Source of the DNA: Deltaproteobacteria bacterium
GTDB lineage: Bacteria > Myxococcota_A > UBA9160 > SMWR01
Length of the DNA: 26,139 nt
Direction: 5' to 3'
Assembly (NCBI GenBank): GCA_032128375.1
Contig: JAQBGU010000187.1
Location: 1-26,139, forward strand
The notes under the pieces: generated by a model
The model's database searches: none
Told to the model about the DNA's origin: nothing
The model's input: the letters and a program-made list of their open reading frames with translations, nothing else
Shown: positions 8,892-18,139 of the stretch, in pieces
Layout: each line of letters opens with the position of its first letter
How positions within the stretch are numbered: the first letter of the stretch is position 1
Translations under genes and position numbers: made by a program

Positions 8892-9522
8892 CATCGTAGA
8901 CCTCGCAGACCCCGAGACGTCCCGTGGGGGCCAGCATCCGCGCTTCGACGAGCGGGTCTTTGCGAGCTGTGAACGTGCGGCGCTTGCCCGAAGTTCCGAC
9001 CCGACGCGTTTGCGCTGGATGCTGTGGGCAGTGAAGGAAAGCGCCTTCAAGGGGTTGCGCAGAACGCAGCCGGCGACGGTCCTATCGCCAGTTCAGTTCG
9101 TGGTCGACCTCGATTCCCAGCTACACGGGACAGTCAGCTGCCGAGACCAACACTACTGTGCAACCGTCGAATTGGATCGAGATTGCGTTCACGCGATCGT
9201 CTCCGATGATCTCGCGCGGGACGGCACGCTGTGGGGATCGCGACGGGTCGCGGACGGCACCGTCGCTGACATTGCAGCCAGTCAGCAGGCGCGCTCGCTG
9301 GCTCTGGACCGAATTTCCGCTCGGCTCGGAATCGATCGATCCGAGCTCGGTATCGAGCGCGTCGGGCGAATTCCGCAGCTGGTTCACCGCGGTGCATGCA
9401 CACCGTCGACACTCTCGCTTTCGCACCACGGATCGTACGTGAGTTTTGCCTGTCAGCTCGAGCCGTGGTGCGTGACAGCTGTCGATCGGCTGCCTCCCCG
9501 ATTGCAAACGGTCACTCGATAG
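8878..9522 (+). CDS. 4'-phosphopantetheinyl transferase
   Basis: ATG at 8878 gives MLGNDIVDL (GxD motif), WAVKESAFK (WxxKEA-like motif) and LSLSHHG. Confidence 0.88.
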   Translation: MLGNDIVDLADPETSRGGQHPRFDERVFASCERAALARSSDPTRLRWMLWAVKESAFKGLRRTQPATVLSPVQFVVDLDSQLHGTVSCRDQHYCATVELDRDCVHAIVSDDLARDGTLWGSRRVADGTVADIAASQQARSLALDRISARLGIDRSELGIERVGRIPQLVHRGACTPSTLSLSHHGSYVSFACQLEPWCVTAVDRLPPRLQTVTR

Positions 9523-9531
9523 GGAGACACA

Positions 9532-12500
9532 TTGAAAGAACAACTGATTCGTCGACTGGTGATCATCAATCGGGGCGAAGCCGCGATGCGCGCGATCCGC
9601 GCCGTCAAAGCGCTGCGAGCCTTGGAAGGCTCAAATCTCGAGAGTGTGGTCCTATACACCGACGTCGATCGAGAAGCTCCGTTTGTCCGCCATGCGGACC
9701 GCGCGATTCGGCTCGACTCCAGTCGGGGCCCTGTCGCAGCCTACCTCGACCGCGACCGATTGATGCAAGCATTGGTCGAGGCCGAGGCCGATGCGGTGTG
9801 GCCGGGATGGGGATTCGTCGCGGAAGACCCCGAATTTGCGGACCTGGTGGTCGCGAGCGGACTTCGTTTCCTGGGTCCATCCGGCGACGTGATGCGTGCA
9901 CTGGGCGACAAGATCGATGCGAAGCGCGTGGCCGAAAAAAGTGGCGTTCCAGTTCTCGCCTGGAGTGGTGCTGTCGTAACCGACCCTGCCGAAGCCGCAG
10001 CCGTCGCGGCGCGCATCGGCTACCCGGTGGTCATCAAGGCCGCTGCCGGCGGAGGTGGCCGCGGGATTCGGATGGTGGAATCAGAAGCAGATATCGAGAC
10101 CTCGTTCCGTTCCGCTGCTGCGGAGGCACGATCGGCGTTCGGCGACGACCGACTCTTTGTCGAACGCAGGCTACCCCGCGGCCGACACATCGAAGTCCAG
10201 TTTGCCGCCGACTCGCACGGAAACTCGATGTCGCTTGGGTGCCGCGATTGCTCGATCCAGCGCCGACACCAGAAAGTAGTCGAAGAGGCTCCACCACCCG
10301 GGCTACCCGGCGCGTTTCTGGCGCAGCTCGAAAGCGCGGCGATCGGACTGGTGACACAGGTGGGCTATGTCGGCGTGGGAACCGTCGAGTTCCTGGTATC
10401 AGCCGGAGAATTCTTCTTCCTCGAGGTCAATCCCCGCTTACAGGTCGAACACGGGATCACAGAGGAATTGACCGGGATCGATCTGGTACAGCTACAGATC
10501 CGGATCGCTCGCGGCGAGTCGCTGCCCCCTGCCCCGCAGCCAAGGGCACTGGTCGCGATCGAGGCGCGTGTGTGCGCCGAGGATCCGCAGGCCGACTTTC
10601 TTCCGACGCCGGGTCGGATCGCACTGTTCGATCCTGCGCTCGGACCTCGGATGCGAATCGACTCGGGTGTGGCGGCGGGTTCCCAGGTTCCGGCGGAGTT
10701 CGACTCCCTGATCGCCAAGTTGATTGCAGTAGGCGATTCCCGCGAGGACGCCCGCGCGCGACTCACCTGCGCGCTTACCGACTTCGAGTTGGTCGTCGCC
10801 GGCGGCGCCACCAACAAGGGCTACCTGATCGACATCCTGGAAGCGGATGAGTACCGGTCGGGCGATTACGACACGGAATGGCTCGATCGCTCGCCCGGTC
10901 TGCGCAGCGGCTCCGACGAGTTCGCCGTCGAAGCGCTGATCGTCGCATCGATCCTGTGTTATCAGCGATACCGCGACGGTGCACGCCAGAAATTCTACGC
11001 GGACCCGGCAACGCTCTCGCCGACATCCATCCCCGCATCCACGGGCCAACGTGTCGACCTGACTGCAGGATCAGAAAGCTACAGGCTGCAGGTCTTCGGA
11101 GTCGGAGCCTGGCGATATCGGGTACACATGGACGGGCACGTCGCGGTCGCGACGTTGCGCGACGAAAGGGCGAACTCCGCAATCCTCGAGCTTTCCGGTC
11201 GCAGCCTGCGAGTCGTCCACGACATCACGGAACAGGGTTTGCGCATCGAAGTCGAGTCGCGTCCGTACCGCTTCAGCAGCGAACTCGCTGGCCAGGTTCG
11301 TTCGAGCACTCCAGCCGTCGTGCTTTCGCTCCAGGTCAAGCCCAGAGATGTCGTATCCACTGGGCAATCACTCGGATTGCTGGAAGCGATGAAGACCGAG
11401 ATCGACTTCCGATCTCCCGTCAGCGGCGTCGTCAAGGAAATCCTGGTGCGAGCTGGTCAGCAGGTGGTCGCTGGCGAGTTGCTGCTGGTGATCGAGGCAG
11501 AGGCCAAAGGAACAGAGGAGGCGCCCCGCGAGCATCTCGAACTGCCGTCCTATAGCGACCCATTGGACATCTTCTTCAGACCTGCCGATGAATCTACCGA
11601 ACCGCCCGGGACCGAAAAGTTGACTGTCGTCGACTTGCTGGCGGCCGAACGAGCCGACACAGAATCAAGACGTCGCGCGATGGATGCTGCACGCGACGAA
11701 ATTCGTCGCGTACTGATGGGCTACGATGTCAACCCCCTGCGCGGCGAACGTCTGGTTTCGCTGTTGGAAGTTCCGCTTCCCGAGGGCCTGAGTGAGTCGT
11801 TCCGATGGGAACTGGCCGAGATTCGGCACGACCTGACGCTGTTTGCCGACATCGAAGAACTGTTCGTTCGCGCCCAGCACGCCTCGGTTTCGGGTGATCT
11901 CGGCCCGTCGAATCACGCACGGTTACGCGCCTATATGCGACGCATGGCGACCGGTGGTGCTGGAATCTCAGAGGAGTTCCTGACCATCCTACGCCATGCA
12001 CTATCCCACTACGGTGTCGACTTGCAACCCTGCGAGGCGTTGGAACGGGCCGTGCTGCGATTGGTCGCTACCCAGCTGGCCCCAAAATTGCGGCGACGTT
12101 TGGTGGCCGAAATCCTGCGGCGCATCCACGCGCTCGCCGTATCCGGACTCCATCTCGGCCACGACAGCGCACTAGCAGATGCTCTTTCGTCCATCGCCGG
12201 GCTGCGCGGTTTGGTTCCCGACGCGCTCGCCGACCACGCGATCGAAGCGAGCTACGCGATCTTCGAGCGCCCCGAACTCGAGCGGCAAGCCGAGCGCACC
12301 AGCAAAGAGGTGGAGAGCTGGCTGTCGCAAGCCGAGTCGGAACCTACACCGCCGCCCAATGCCGTATTGGTGCACCTCGCCAACGCGCCGCGTATCGTCT
12401 TCGATCGGGTCGGACACTGGATCGGTGACGCGAACCCGCTGCGTAGTGCGGTTGCCGTCGCAGCGCACGTGTGCCGCCTGTACGCGCCTGGCAGTGCCCC

Positions 12501-15150
12501 CACCCATACATCAGACATCATCGGTGCGGCGCACGTCGAGCGCCTCGATTTGAAGGACGGTCGAACCGTTTTGGGAAGCGTGGCACGTTCGGACCGCATC
12601 AGTCACGCCCTGGCGTTACTGGTGCGCGCCGCCGCAGCCGTGGGGGGTGTCGACGCGATCGAACTTCTGGTTCCCTCGGAACCGGACGAGGACCTGAGTC
12701 ACCTGCACAAAGTCCTGACTCCGGTTCTGACCTCTCTCGGCCGTTCGCTGTCGGCTGATCGGTTGACAGTCACGCGGTTGTGTAAGGAGGACCCGCCGGA
12801 ACACCTGAGCCTGATCGTGGCAGATTCGGGTTGGAAGGAAGCGACGGGATTGCATGGGCTGCATCCTGAAACCGCGGCGCGAATCGACCTCGAACGGTTG
12901 CAGGCGTTCCATCTCGAGAGGTTGGAATCGCCCGACGACATCTACTGTTTCCACCTGCGATCGAAGCAGATCCCTGGCGACGAGCGAATCTTCGTGCTGG
13001 CTGACTTCCGCGGACGCGCTCCCGATGATGGCCTCGAAGCGACGCTCCATATCCCGTCGTTCGAACGCGCGTTCTTCGAGGCGGCCCGAACGCTCCGAAG
13101 TCATCTCGGGATGCGGGATCCGAGTCGCCGGTTGCAGTGGAACCGGATCGCGGTATTCGCGTCGCCGACGATCTTCCTCGATGACGAAGTTGCCGAGCGT
13201 CTCGCAAGGCGTCTCGCGCCCGACACGCGACACCTCGGACTCGAGAAGGTCATCGTCCGGCTGAATGTCCTCGATCGTGCGAGCCCCGACGAGCGCGCTA
13301 GGCCCATCGAGGTCGTCATCGCTGACCCCACCGGGAGCAACATGGAGCTCTCGTGGCGCGGACCGCATCACGATGCTCTGGAGCCTGCCCGCGACTACGA
13401 ACGCAAGGTCGTCGACGCGAAGAGACGCAGACTGGTCTACCCCTATGAAATTATCAAACTCCTGACGGGCGGCTCCGGCGAAAACGGCGTAGCTCGCGGA
13501 GAAACCGATCCGGACCTCCCGCCCGGAAACTTCGAAGAGTTCGACCTGTGCCCGAAGAGCGAAGCCGGTCCTGTGGCGGTCAGCGTGGCGGGCCGAGCCT
13601 ACGGACTCAACGACTCATCGGTTGTCTTCGGCGTCATCGACACGCCGACCGAGAAGATCAGTGAGGGAATGAAACGAGTCTTGATCCTGTCCGATCCGAC
13701 CGTCGGTATGGGCGCACTCGCGGCACCGGAGTGCGATCGCATCGTCGCGGCGATCGATCTCGCACAAAGTCTCGGGGTTCCGCTCGAGTGGGTACCCGTA
13801 TCCAGCGGTGCACGAATCGCAATGGACAGCGGAACCGAGAACCTGGATGCGACCGCACGCGTCGTCCGCCGCATCGTCACATTCACCCAGGGTGATGGCA
13901 CGATTCACGTCATCGTCGCGGGTGTCAACATTGGCGCGCAGAGCTATTTCAATGCGCTTAGCACGATGCTGCCGCATACACATGGCGCTCTGATCATGAC
14001 ATCGGGTGCATCGATGCTATTGACCGGCCGCGCAGCGCTGGATGCATCCGGTTCGGTTTCCGCCGAAGATGAAGCGGCGATCGGGGGCTTCGAACGCATC
14101 ATGGGTCCCAACGGCGAAGCCCAGTACTTCGCGCGAAACATCGCCGACGCGTATCGGATCCTGTACGAACACTACCGCTACACGTATGTGACGCCCGGCG
14201 AATCGACGCCACGGCCGTTCCAGACCACTGACCCCGAGACACGCGCGATCACCGGTTTCGTCTGCGAGCCAGAAGAGGGACATGACTTCCACACGCTGGG
14301 GGAGATATTCGACCCGGCGACCAATCTCGATCGGAAACGCCCGTTCTCGATGCGCCTCGTGATGGAATCGCTCGTCGATCAAGACGGCGGTCACCTGGAG
14401 CGCTGGCGATCTTGGCAGGGTGCCGAGACCGCGATCGTGTGGGACGCGCACCTCGGTGGACACGCCATCTGTCTGATCGGCATCGAGAGCCGCAACCTCG
14501 ACCGCGAGGGTTACAGCCCAACCGATGGACCCGCAGTATGGACGGGTGGGACGTTGTTTCCGCTCTCCTCGAAGAAGCTCGCCCGCGCGCTGACTGCGGC
14601 TAGCGGGAACCGGCCGGTCGTGTTGCTTGCAAACTTATCCGGTTTCGACGGGTCGCCGGAATCCATGCGAAAGCTCCAGCTGGAATACGGAGCCCAGATC
14701 GCGCGAGCTGTCGTCAATTTCGAGGGGCCGCTGTTGTTCATGGTGGTATCGCGATACCACGGCGGCGCCTACGTGGTGTTTTCGGGTGCTCTCAATGATG
14801 GCTTGCGGCCCGCTGCACTGGCCGGATCGTTCGCATCGGTGATTGGTGGAACCCCCGCAGCCACGGTCGTGTTCGCGCGAGAGGTCCGTGCACGCGTCGG
14901 CTTCGATCCCCGCATCACCGCGCTTCGCCGCGCTACGGACTTCGAATCGCGCGAAAAATTCGACCGGGCCTGGCAGGAAGTCACATTGGAAAAACAGGTC
15001 GAGCTCGCCGCTCAGTTCGACAGCGTTCACACGGTAGAGCGTGCGCGAGAAGTCGGGTCGCTCAAAGCGATTGTTGATCCCGCGGATATGCGTCGTTATC
15101 TGATCGATGAACTGCGCGGGAGTCCGAGAAGCGGGAGATCCAGCGGATGA
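9532..15150 (+). CDS. Single-chain multidomain acyl-CoA carboxylase (BC-BCCP-central region-CT), eukaryotic ACC-like architecture
   Basis: BC domain: INRGEAAMR, PGWGFVAE, IKAAAGGGGRGIR, RDCSIQRRHQKVVEEAP, FLEVNPRLQVEH. Biotinyl domain: LLEAMKTE. Long central region. CT domain: SSGARI, LLANLSGFDG, HGGAYVV. TTG start with RBS AGGGAG. Confidence 0.93.
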   Translation: MKEQLIRRLVIINRGEAAMRAIRAVKALRALEGSNLESVVLYTDVDREAPFVRHADRAIRLDSSRGPVAAYLDRDRLMQALVEAEADAVWPGWGFVAEDPEFADLVVASGLRFLGPSGDVMRALGDKIDAKRVAEKSGVPVLAWSGAVVTDPAEAAAVAARIGYPVVIKAAAGGGGRGIRMVESEADIETSFRSAAAEARSAFGDDRLFVERRLPRGRHIEVQFAADSHGNSMSLGCRDCSIQRRHQKVVEEAPPPGLPGAFLAQLESAAIGLVTQVGYVGVGTVEFLVSAGEFFFLEVNPRLQVEHGITEELTGIDLVQLQIRIARGESLPPAPQPRALVAIEARVCAEDPQADFLPTPGRIALFDPALGPRMRIDSGVAAGSQVPAEFDSLIAKLIAVGDSREDARARLTCALTDFELVVAGGATNKGYLIDILEADEYRSGDYDTEWLDRSPGLRSGSDEFAVEALIVASILCYQRYRDGARQKFYADPATLSPTSIPASTGQRVDLTAGSESYRLQVFGVGAWRYRVHMDGHVAVATLRDERANSAILELSGRSLRVVHDITEQGLRIEVESRPYRFSSELAGQVRSSTPAVVLSLQVKPRDVVSTGQSLGLLEAMKTEIDFRSPVSGVVKEILVRAGQQVVAGELLLVIEAEAKGTEEAPREHLELPSYSDPLDIFFRPADESTEPPGTEKLTVVDLLAAERADTESRRRAMDAARDEIRRVLMGYDVNPLRGERLVSLLEVPLPEGLSESFRWELAEIRHDLTLFADIEELFVRAQHASVSGDLGPSNHARLRAYMRRMATGGAGISEEFLTILRHALSHYGVDLQPCEALERAVLRLVATQLAPKLRRRLVAEILRRIHALAVSGLHLGHDSALADALSSIAGLRGLVPDALADHAIEASYAIFERPELERQAERTSKEVESWLSQAESEPTPPPNAVLVHLANAPRIVFDRVGHWIGDANPLRSAVAVAAHVCRLYAPGSAPTHTSDIIGAAHVERLDLKDGRTVLGSVARSDRISHALALLVRAAAAVGGVDAIELLVPSEPDEDLSHLHKVLTPVLTSLGRSLSADRLTVTRLCKEDPPEHLSLIVADSGWKEATGLHGLHPETAARIDLERLQAFHLERLESPDDIYCFHLRSKQIPGDERIFVLADFRGRAPDDGLEATLHIPSFERAFFEAARTLRSHLGMRDPSRRLQWNRIAVFASPTIFLDDEVAERLARRLAPDTRHLGLEKVIVRLNVLDRASPDERARPIEVVIADPTGSNMELSWRGPHHDALEPARDYERKVVDAKRRRLVYPYEIIKLLTGGSGENGVARGETDPDLPPGNFEEFDLCPKSEAGPVAVSVAGRAYGLNDSSVVFGVIDTPTEKISEGMKRVLILSDPTVGMGALAAPECDRIVAAIDLAQSLGVPLEWVPVSSGARIAMDSGTENLDATARVVRRIVTFTQGDGTIHVIVAGVNIGAQSYFNALSTMLPHTHGALIMTSGASMLLTGRAALDASGSVSAEDEAAIGGFERIMGPNGEAQYFARNIADAYRILYEHYRYTYVTPGESTPRPFQTTDPETRAITGFVCEPEEGHDFHTLGEIFDPATNLDRKRPFSMRLVMESLVDQDGGHLERWRSWQGAETAIVWDAHLGGHAICLIGIESRNLDREGYSPTDGPAVWTGGTLFPLSSKKLARALTAASGNRPVVLLANLSGFDGSPESMRKLQLEYGAQIARAVVNFEGPLLFMVVSRYHGGAYVVFSGALNDGLRPAALAGSFASVIGGTPAATVVFAREVRARVGFDPRITALRRATDFESREKFDRAWQEVTLEKQVELAAQFDSVHTVERAREVGSLKAIVDPADMRRYLIDELRGSPRSGRSSG

Positions 15151-15818
15151 GCTCGCGAACGACAGAGCCAGGGTACGCGACTTCTCGGCCCCCTGGGCGC
15201 GCCAAGAAAAAGGCCGCCGTTCGCCGACGAATTCTGGAGAGCGCCAAAGGAGTCTTCTTCCGAGATGGCTTCATGGAAGCGAACCTCGATGAGGTCGCCG
15301 AACGAGCCGGCGTGGCGAAAGGAACCCTCTACCGATACTTCGAAAACAAAGCTCAGCTCTACGTCGCGGTGCTTTCGCACCGAGGTAAGGTGTTCGAGGA
15401 GAAACTCAAAGGGGCGCTGGATCCCGAGGCACCTCCGATCGAGGCGCTGTGGGACGCGAGCCGCTTCTACCTCCAGCACTATGTGACCAACCGCGAATAT
15501 TTCCAGATCTTCTGGGCCATCGAGAATCAGTCGGTGATTGGCGAGCTTCCATCGCAAGTTGTCGATGAAGTGACGCGACTGTGGGAGCAGAGTCTCGGTA
15601 CTTTGGCTGGGATCATCGACCGGGGCGTCGAAGAAGGAGTGTTCGCGCCCTGTGACGCCTGGGAAGTGGCCAGCATCCTATGGACGTTGGCGAACGCAGT
15701 CATCCGAACCGAGTCTTCTCCCGCACACCGCGGCTTGCGTCTACACAGCCTCGAATCGTTTTTCGAAGATGCAATCGGCTTGATGATCCGGGGAATGGCG
15801 GTACAGCGGCTGCCATAA
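15147..15818 (+). CDS. TetR/AcrR family transcriptional regulator
   Basis: HTH ILESAKGVFFRDGFMEANLDEVAERAGVAKGTLYRYFENKAQL; ATGA overlap with the carboxylase stop. Confidence 0.95.
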   Translation: MSSRTTEPGYATSRPPGRAKKKAAVRRRILESAKGVFFRDGFMEANLDEVAERAGVAKGTLYRYFENKAQLYVAVLSHRGKVFEEKLKGALDPEAPPIEALWDASRFYLQHYVTNREYFQIFWAIENQSVIGELPSQVVDEVTRLWEQSLGTLAGIIDRGVEEGVFAPCDAWEVASILWTLANAVIRTESSPAHRGLRLHSLESFFEDAIGLMIRGMAVQRLP

Positions 15819-15891
15819 CTGGCGCTGGCCTGATCGTTTCCCTTCGCTGGGTTGTCTTTAGGGTTATCGAGCGGTTGTCGCGGGCTGCTGG

Positions 15892-16599
15892 TCAGTCTGC
15901 GGGCTTCGCTGCCTCGGCTTCCAGAACGGCTATGGCGTCAGTCACCGCCTGCAACACCCGCGGCGGCGGGTTGGAATCTAACAACCGGCGAAGCGGTTCG
16001 ATTGCGACGGGATCCTCTTCGCTCGCGAGCGCCCGGACAATCTTGATCAGCAGTACAGTATCGGTGTGATTCAACAACCCGACGAAAGCAGGAACGGCGT
16101 CCTTTGCTGGGAATGAAGCGATCTGCTGGATGGCCCAGCCGCGCAGTTCTGGCGGATTGCCTTTCCGAACGATTCTGGTCAGCACACTGAGGTCCTCAGG
16201 CAGACTCGCGACGTCGATGCCCTGGAGCCTCGCGATTTCGGCCACCAGTTCTTTCAGGGCTTCCGGGTCTATTTTGGGCCTTCGGCCATAGCCGCGTTTG
16301 CGGGATCTGGCAGCACCGGAATCCTTCGCGAAGATGACCTCGTCATTGAGACGAACCCAGGGCCCGTCCGCTTCGAGCCCGCGCTTCCAGATCGCACCAC
16401 TCGACGAGTCGACCTTGAGCAGCAGCGGCTCGCGAATGTCTGTCAGAATTCGAAAATCGAAGCGTCCCAATTCGGCGGTCATCTCGCTGCCTCGTCGATT
16501 CAACCCTTCGAAAGGGAAGACCAGGCGCTGAATCAACAGCAGCAAGGTCAGTAGAAGCACGAGGCCAAGCAGCAGACGGTCCATGGAATCGAGTTTCAC
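15892..16599 (-). CDS. Membrane-anchored protein with a small beta domain and C-terminal HEAT repeats
   Basis: N-terminal hydrophobic helix (LLLGLVLLLTLLLLIQ). HEAT-like repeats ELRGWAIQQIASFPAKDAVPAFVGLL and IVRALASEEDPVAIEPLRRLL. The N-terminal domain resembles ORF 17770-18090. Confidence 0.75.
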   Translation of the reverse strand: MKLDSMDRLLLGLVLLLTLLLLIQRLVFPFEGLNRRGSEMTAELGRFDFRILTDIREPLLLKVDSSSGAIWKRGLEADGPWVRLNDEVIFAKDSGAARSRKRGYGRRPKIDPEALKELVAEIARLQGIDVASLPEDLSVLTRIVRKGNPPELRGWAIQQIASFPAKDAVPAFVGLLNHTDTVLLIKIVRALASEEDPVAIEPLRRLLDSNPPPRVLQAVTDAIAVLEAEAAKPAD

Positions 16600-16632
16600 A
16601 TTCTCTCAATGGGAAAGTTGCAGTTCCACTCG

Positions 16633-16663
16633 CAACAAACGCCTCGGACGAACGTCCGAGGCG
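16633..16663 (-). terminator. Intrinsic terminator after PEP-CTERM gene 2
   Basis: Perfect inverted repeat CGCCTCGGACG (16640-16650)/CGTCCGAGGCG (16653-16663), followed on the minus strand by TTTGTTG. Confidence 0.8.
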
Positions 16664-16694
16664 CTCAACGCTACTGCAAATTTGCCAGAGCCGC

Positions 16695-17315
16695 TCAGCT
16701 GCGTCGGCGAGCCAGGATCGATAGGCCCACGAGTCCGAGGCCGAGAAGGGCAACGGTACCTGGCTCCGGAACGATATTCACGACCGCCGACTGGAACGTC
16801 GTGCTGCCAGAAATCGAGCTGCCCGCAAGGTCGAGAATATCATCGATTCCCGTCATCGTGGATGAGAGCGTGAACTGGCCTGCGTCGCCGGCAGTCGTCA
16901 CGAACGTCACAGTCCCAATCAACCAACTCTGGCCACTCGTCAGCCCCGTTCTGACAAACGGTGGAAATACCTCGGCGGTGAGATTCTGGACGCGCCTACC
17001 GGTGTCGATCGTGTTGCCAAGAACCAGCGGCAACATCGCACTCGGCGATGGCATGTTCGGGTTGTTCGTGATTCCCACCACCGATAGCGCGGACCGTGCG
17101 ACGCCGTAGTCGACCGTAATGCCTGCCCTCCGCGCCCCCTCAGGGCCGGCGGTCAGGACGATATTCAGCGTAACGCTGCTCGAAGCGGCTACGGTCGTGT
17201 GGGATGTTCCGCTGTTTGCCCAGAGCAAGCCGACCGTTGCACTTGCGTGCGAACTACCCGCGATTCCGAGAGTCACGGCAAGGCTCGCGAGGATACCCAT
17301 CAACGAACCGCGCAT
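16695..17315 (-). CDS. PEP-CTERM exosortase substrate with a cohesin-like beta-sandwich domain (paralog 2)
   Basis: Signal peptide MRGSLMGILASLAVTLGIAGSSHA; C-terminal VPEPGTVALLGLGLVGLSILARRRS. Start at 17315 chosen from the GGAG RBS spacing and alignment with the paralog. The cohesin-like call is inference. Confidence 0.9.
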   Translation of the reverse strand: MRGSLMGILASLAVTLGIAGSSHASATVGLLWANSGTSHTTVAASSSVTLNIVLTAGPEGARRAGITVDYGVARSALSVVGITNNPNMPSPSAMLPLVLGNTIDTGRRVQNLTAEVFPPFVRTGLTSGQSWLIGTVTFVTTAGDAGQFTLSSTMTGIDDILDLAGSSISGSTTFQSAVVNIVPEPGTVALLGLGLVGLSILARRRS

Positions 17316-17769
17316 CCTCGACATCTCCAAAAGCGTCTCGAGGGCAGCTCGCTCCAGAAGGGGAGCGAAAACCCAATCGCTGTTAGAGATGTGGTTCGCC
17401 GGGGCCTAAAGTCTCAATGTAGTCGGATTTTGAGGGAAAATTGCTGCGTGCAAGTGCCCACGGACGGAGGATTGGACCCGGAAGCCTGCTCTTCTCGACA
17501 GGCTCCCCGCGCGACCCGGGATTCTTTCTCGGATCATCGCGGAAGAGTCCTTAGAGGGAACTTCCCATCTCAACTGGGTGTTTTCAGAGACCGAAAGCTG
17601 TAACGGGAGTGTCCAGTGGGTCGCCGGCTGGAAACTGGCAGCGGTCGAAGGCTTGATTGGGAATGGATGGTTGGGATGGGTGGCGCTGAATCAGACCCGC
17701 AGAGAGGCAAGGAAGGAGAGCCGAGAAGGAGCTAGCGCGATCGTGCCCGGTGGGGACGTTCCGCTGTGA

Positions 17770-18090
17770 TCAGAGATCGGACTGCGAGGGAGATTCCTCG
17801 GACTCCGGGGGCGACTCCTCGGACTCCGAGCGGGACTCCTCGTCGACCACTACCCAGGGCCCATCTCCCGTCAGAGACTTGCGCCACACCTTGCCCGTAA
17901 CGCTATCCGTCTTCACCAATAGGGAGCCACCCTTCAAACCTTGGACGACGACCTGGAAGCGGCCCTCGGCCGAGGAAGTTGCTTCGCTGGCTGCCGTCCC
18001 GCCCATCAATCCCGCGCCCTGAACGAGCAACAGCAACATGCAGACCGCGATGAAGCCAAGCAGAACGCGCGTAACGGAATCGGATTGCAT
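17770..18090 (-). CDS. Small membrane-anchored or exported hypothetical protein, paralog of the N-terminus of 15892-16599
   Basis: RBS AGGAG; N-terminal hydrophobic helix; GRF..LLVKTDSVTGKVWRKSLTGDGPWV; acidic tail with ESEES repeats. Confidence 0.75.
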   Translation of the reverse strand: MQSDSVTRVLLGFIAVCMLLLLVQGAGLMGGTAASEATSSAEGRFQVVVQGLKGGSLLVKTDSVTGKVWRKSLTGDGPWVVVDEESRSESEESPPESEESPSQSDL

Positions 18091-18139
18091 CAGGTCTCCT
18101 GCCGCATTGTTCCGGCCTCTAGCCGTTTCTTGGCGGCTT

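Noticed and set aside
3550..9522. Aryl polyene, ladderane or PUFA-synthase cluster
   Set aside because: No chain-length-factor partner, radical SAM, methyltransferase, glycosyltransferase or multidomain Pfa genes in the window.
9396..10850. 484-aa alternative-frame ORF
   Set aside because: An Arg-rich off-frame ORF overlapping the biotin carboxylase domain; no motifs.
17445..17566. Possible second sigma54 promoter (TGGGCACTTGCACGCA) and GGGAA-C-TTCCC palindrome upstream of PEP-CTERM gene 2
   Set aside because: The GG-N10-GC spacing can be forced but the flanking consensus is poor, and the palindrome spacing differs from the one at 20045; too weak to call.
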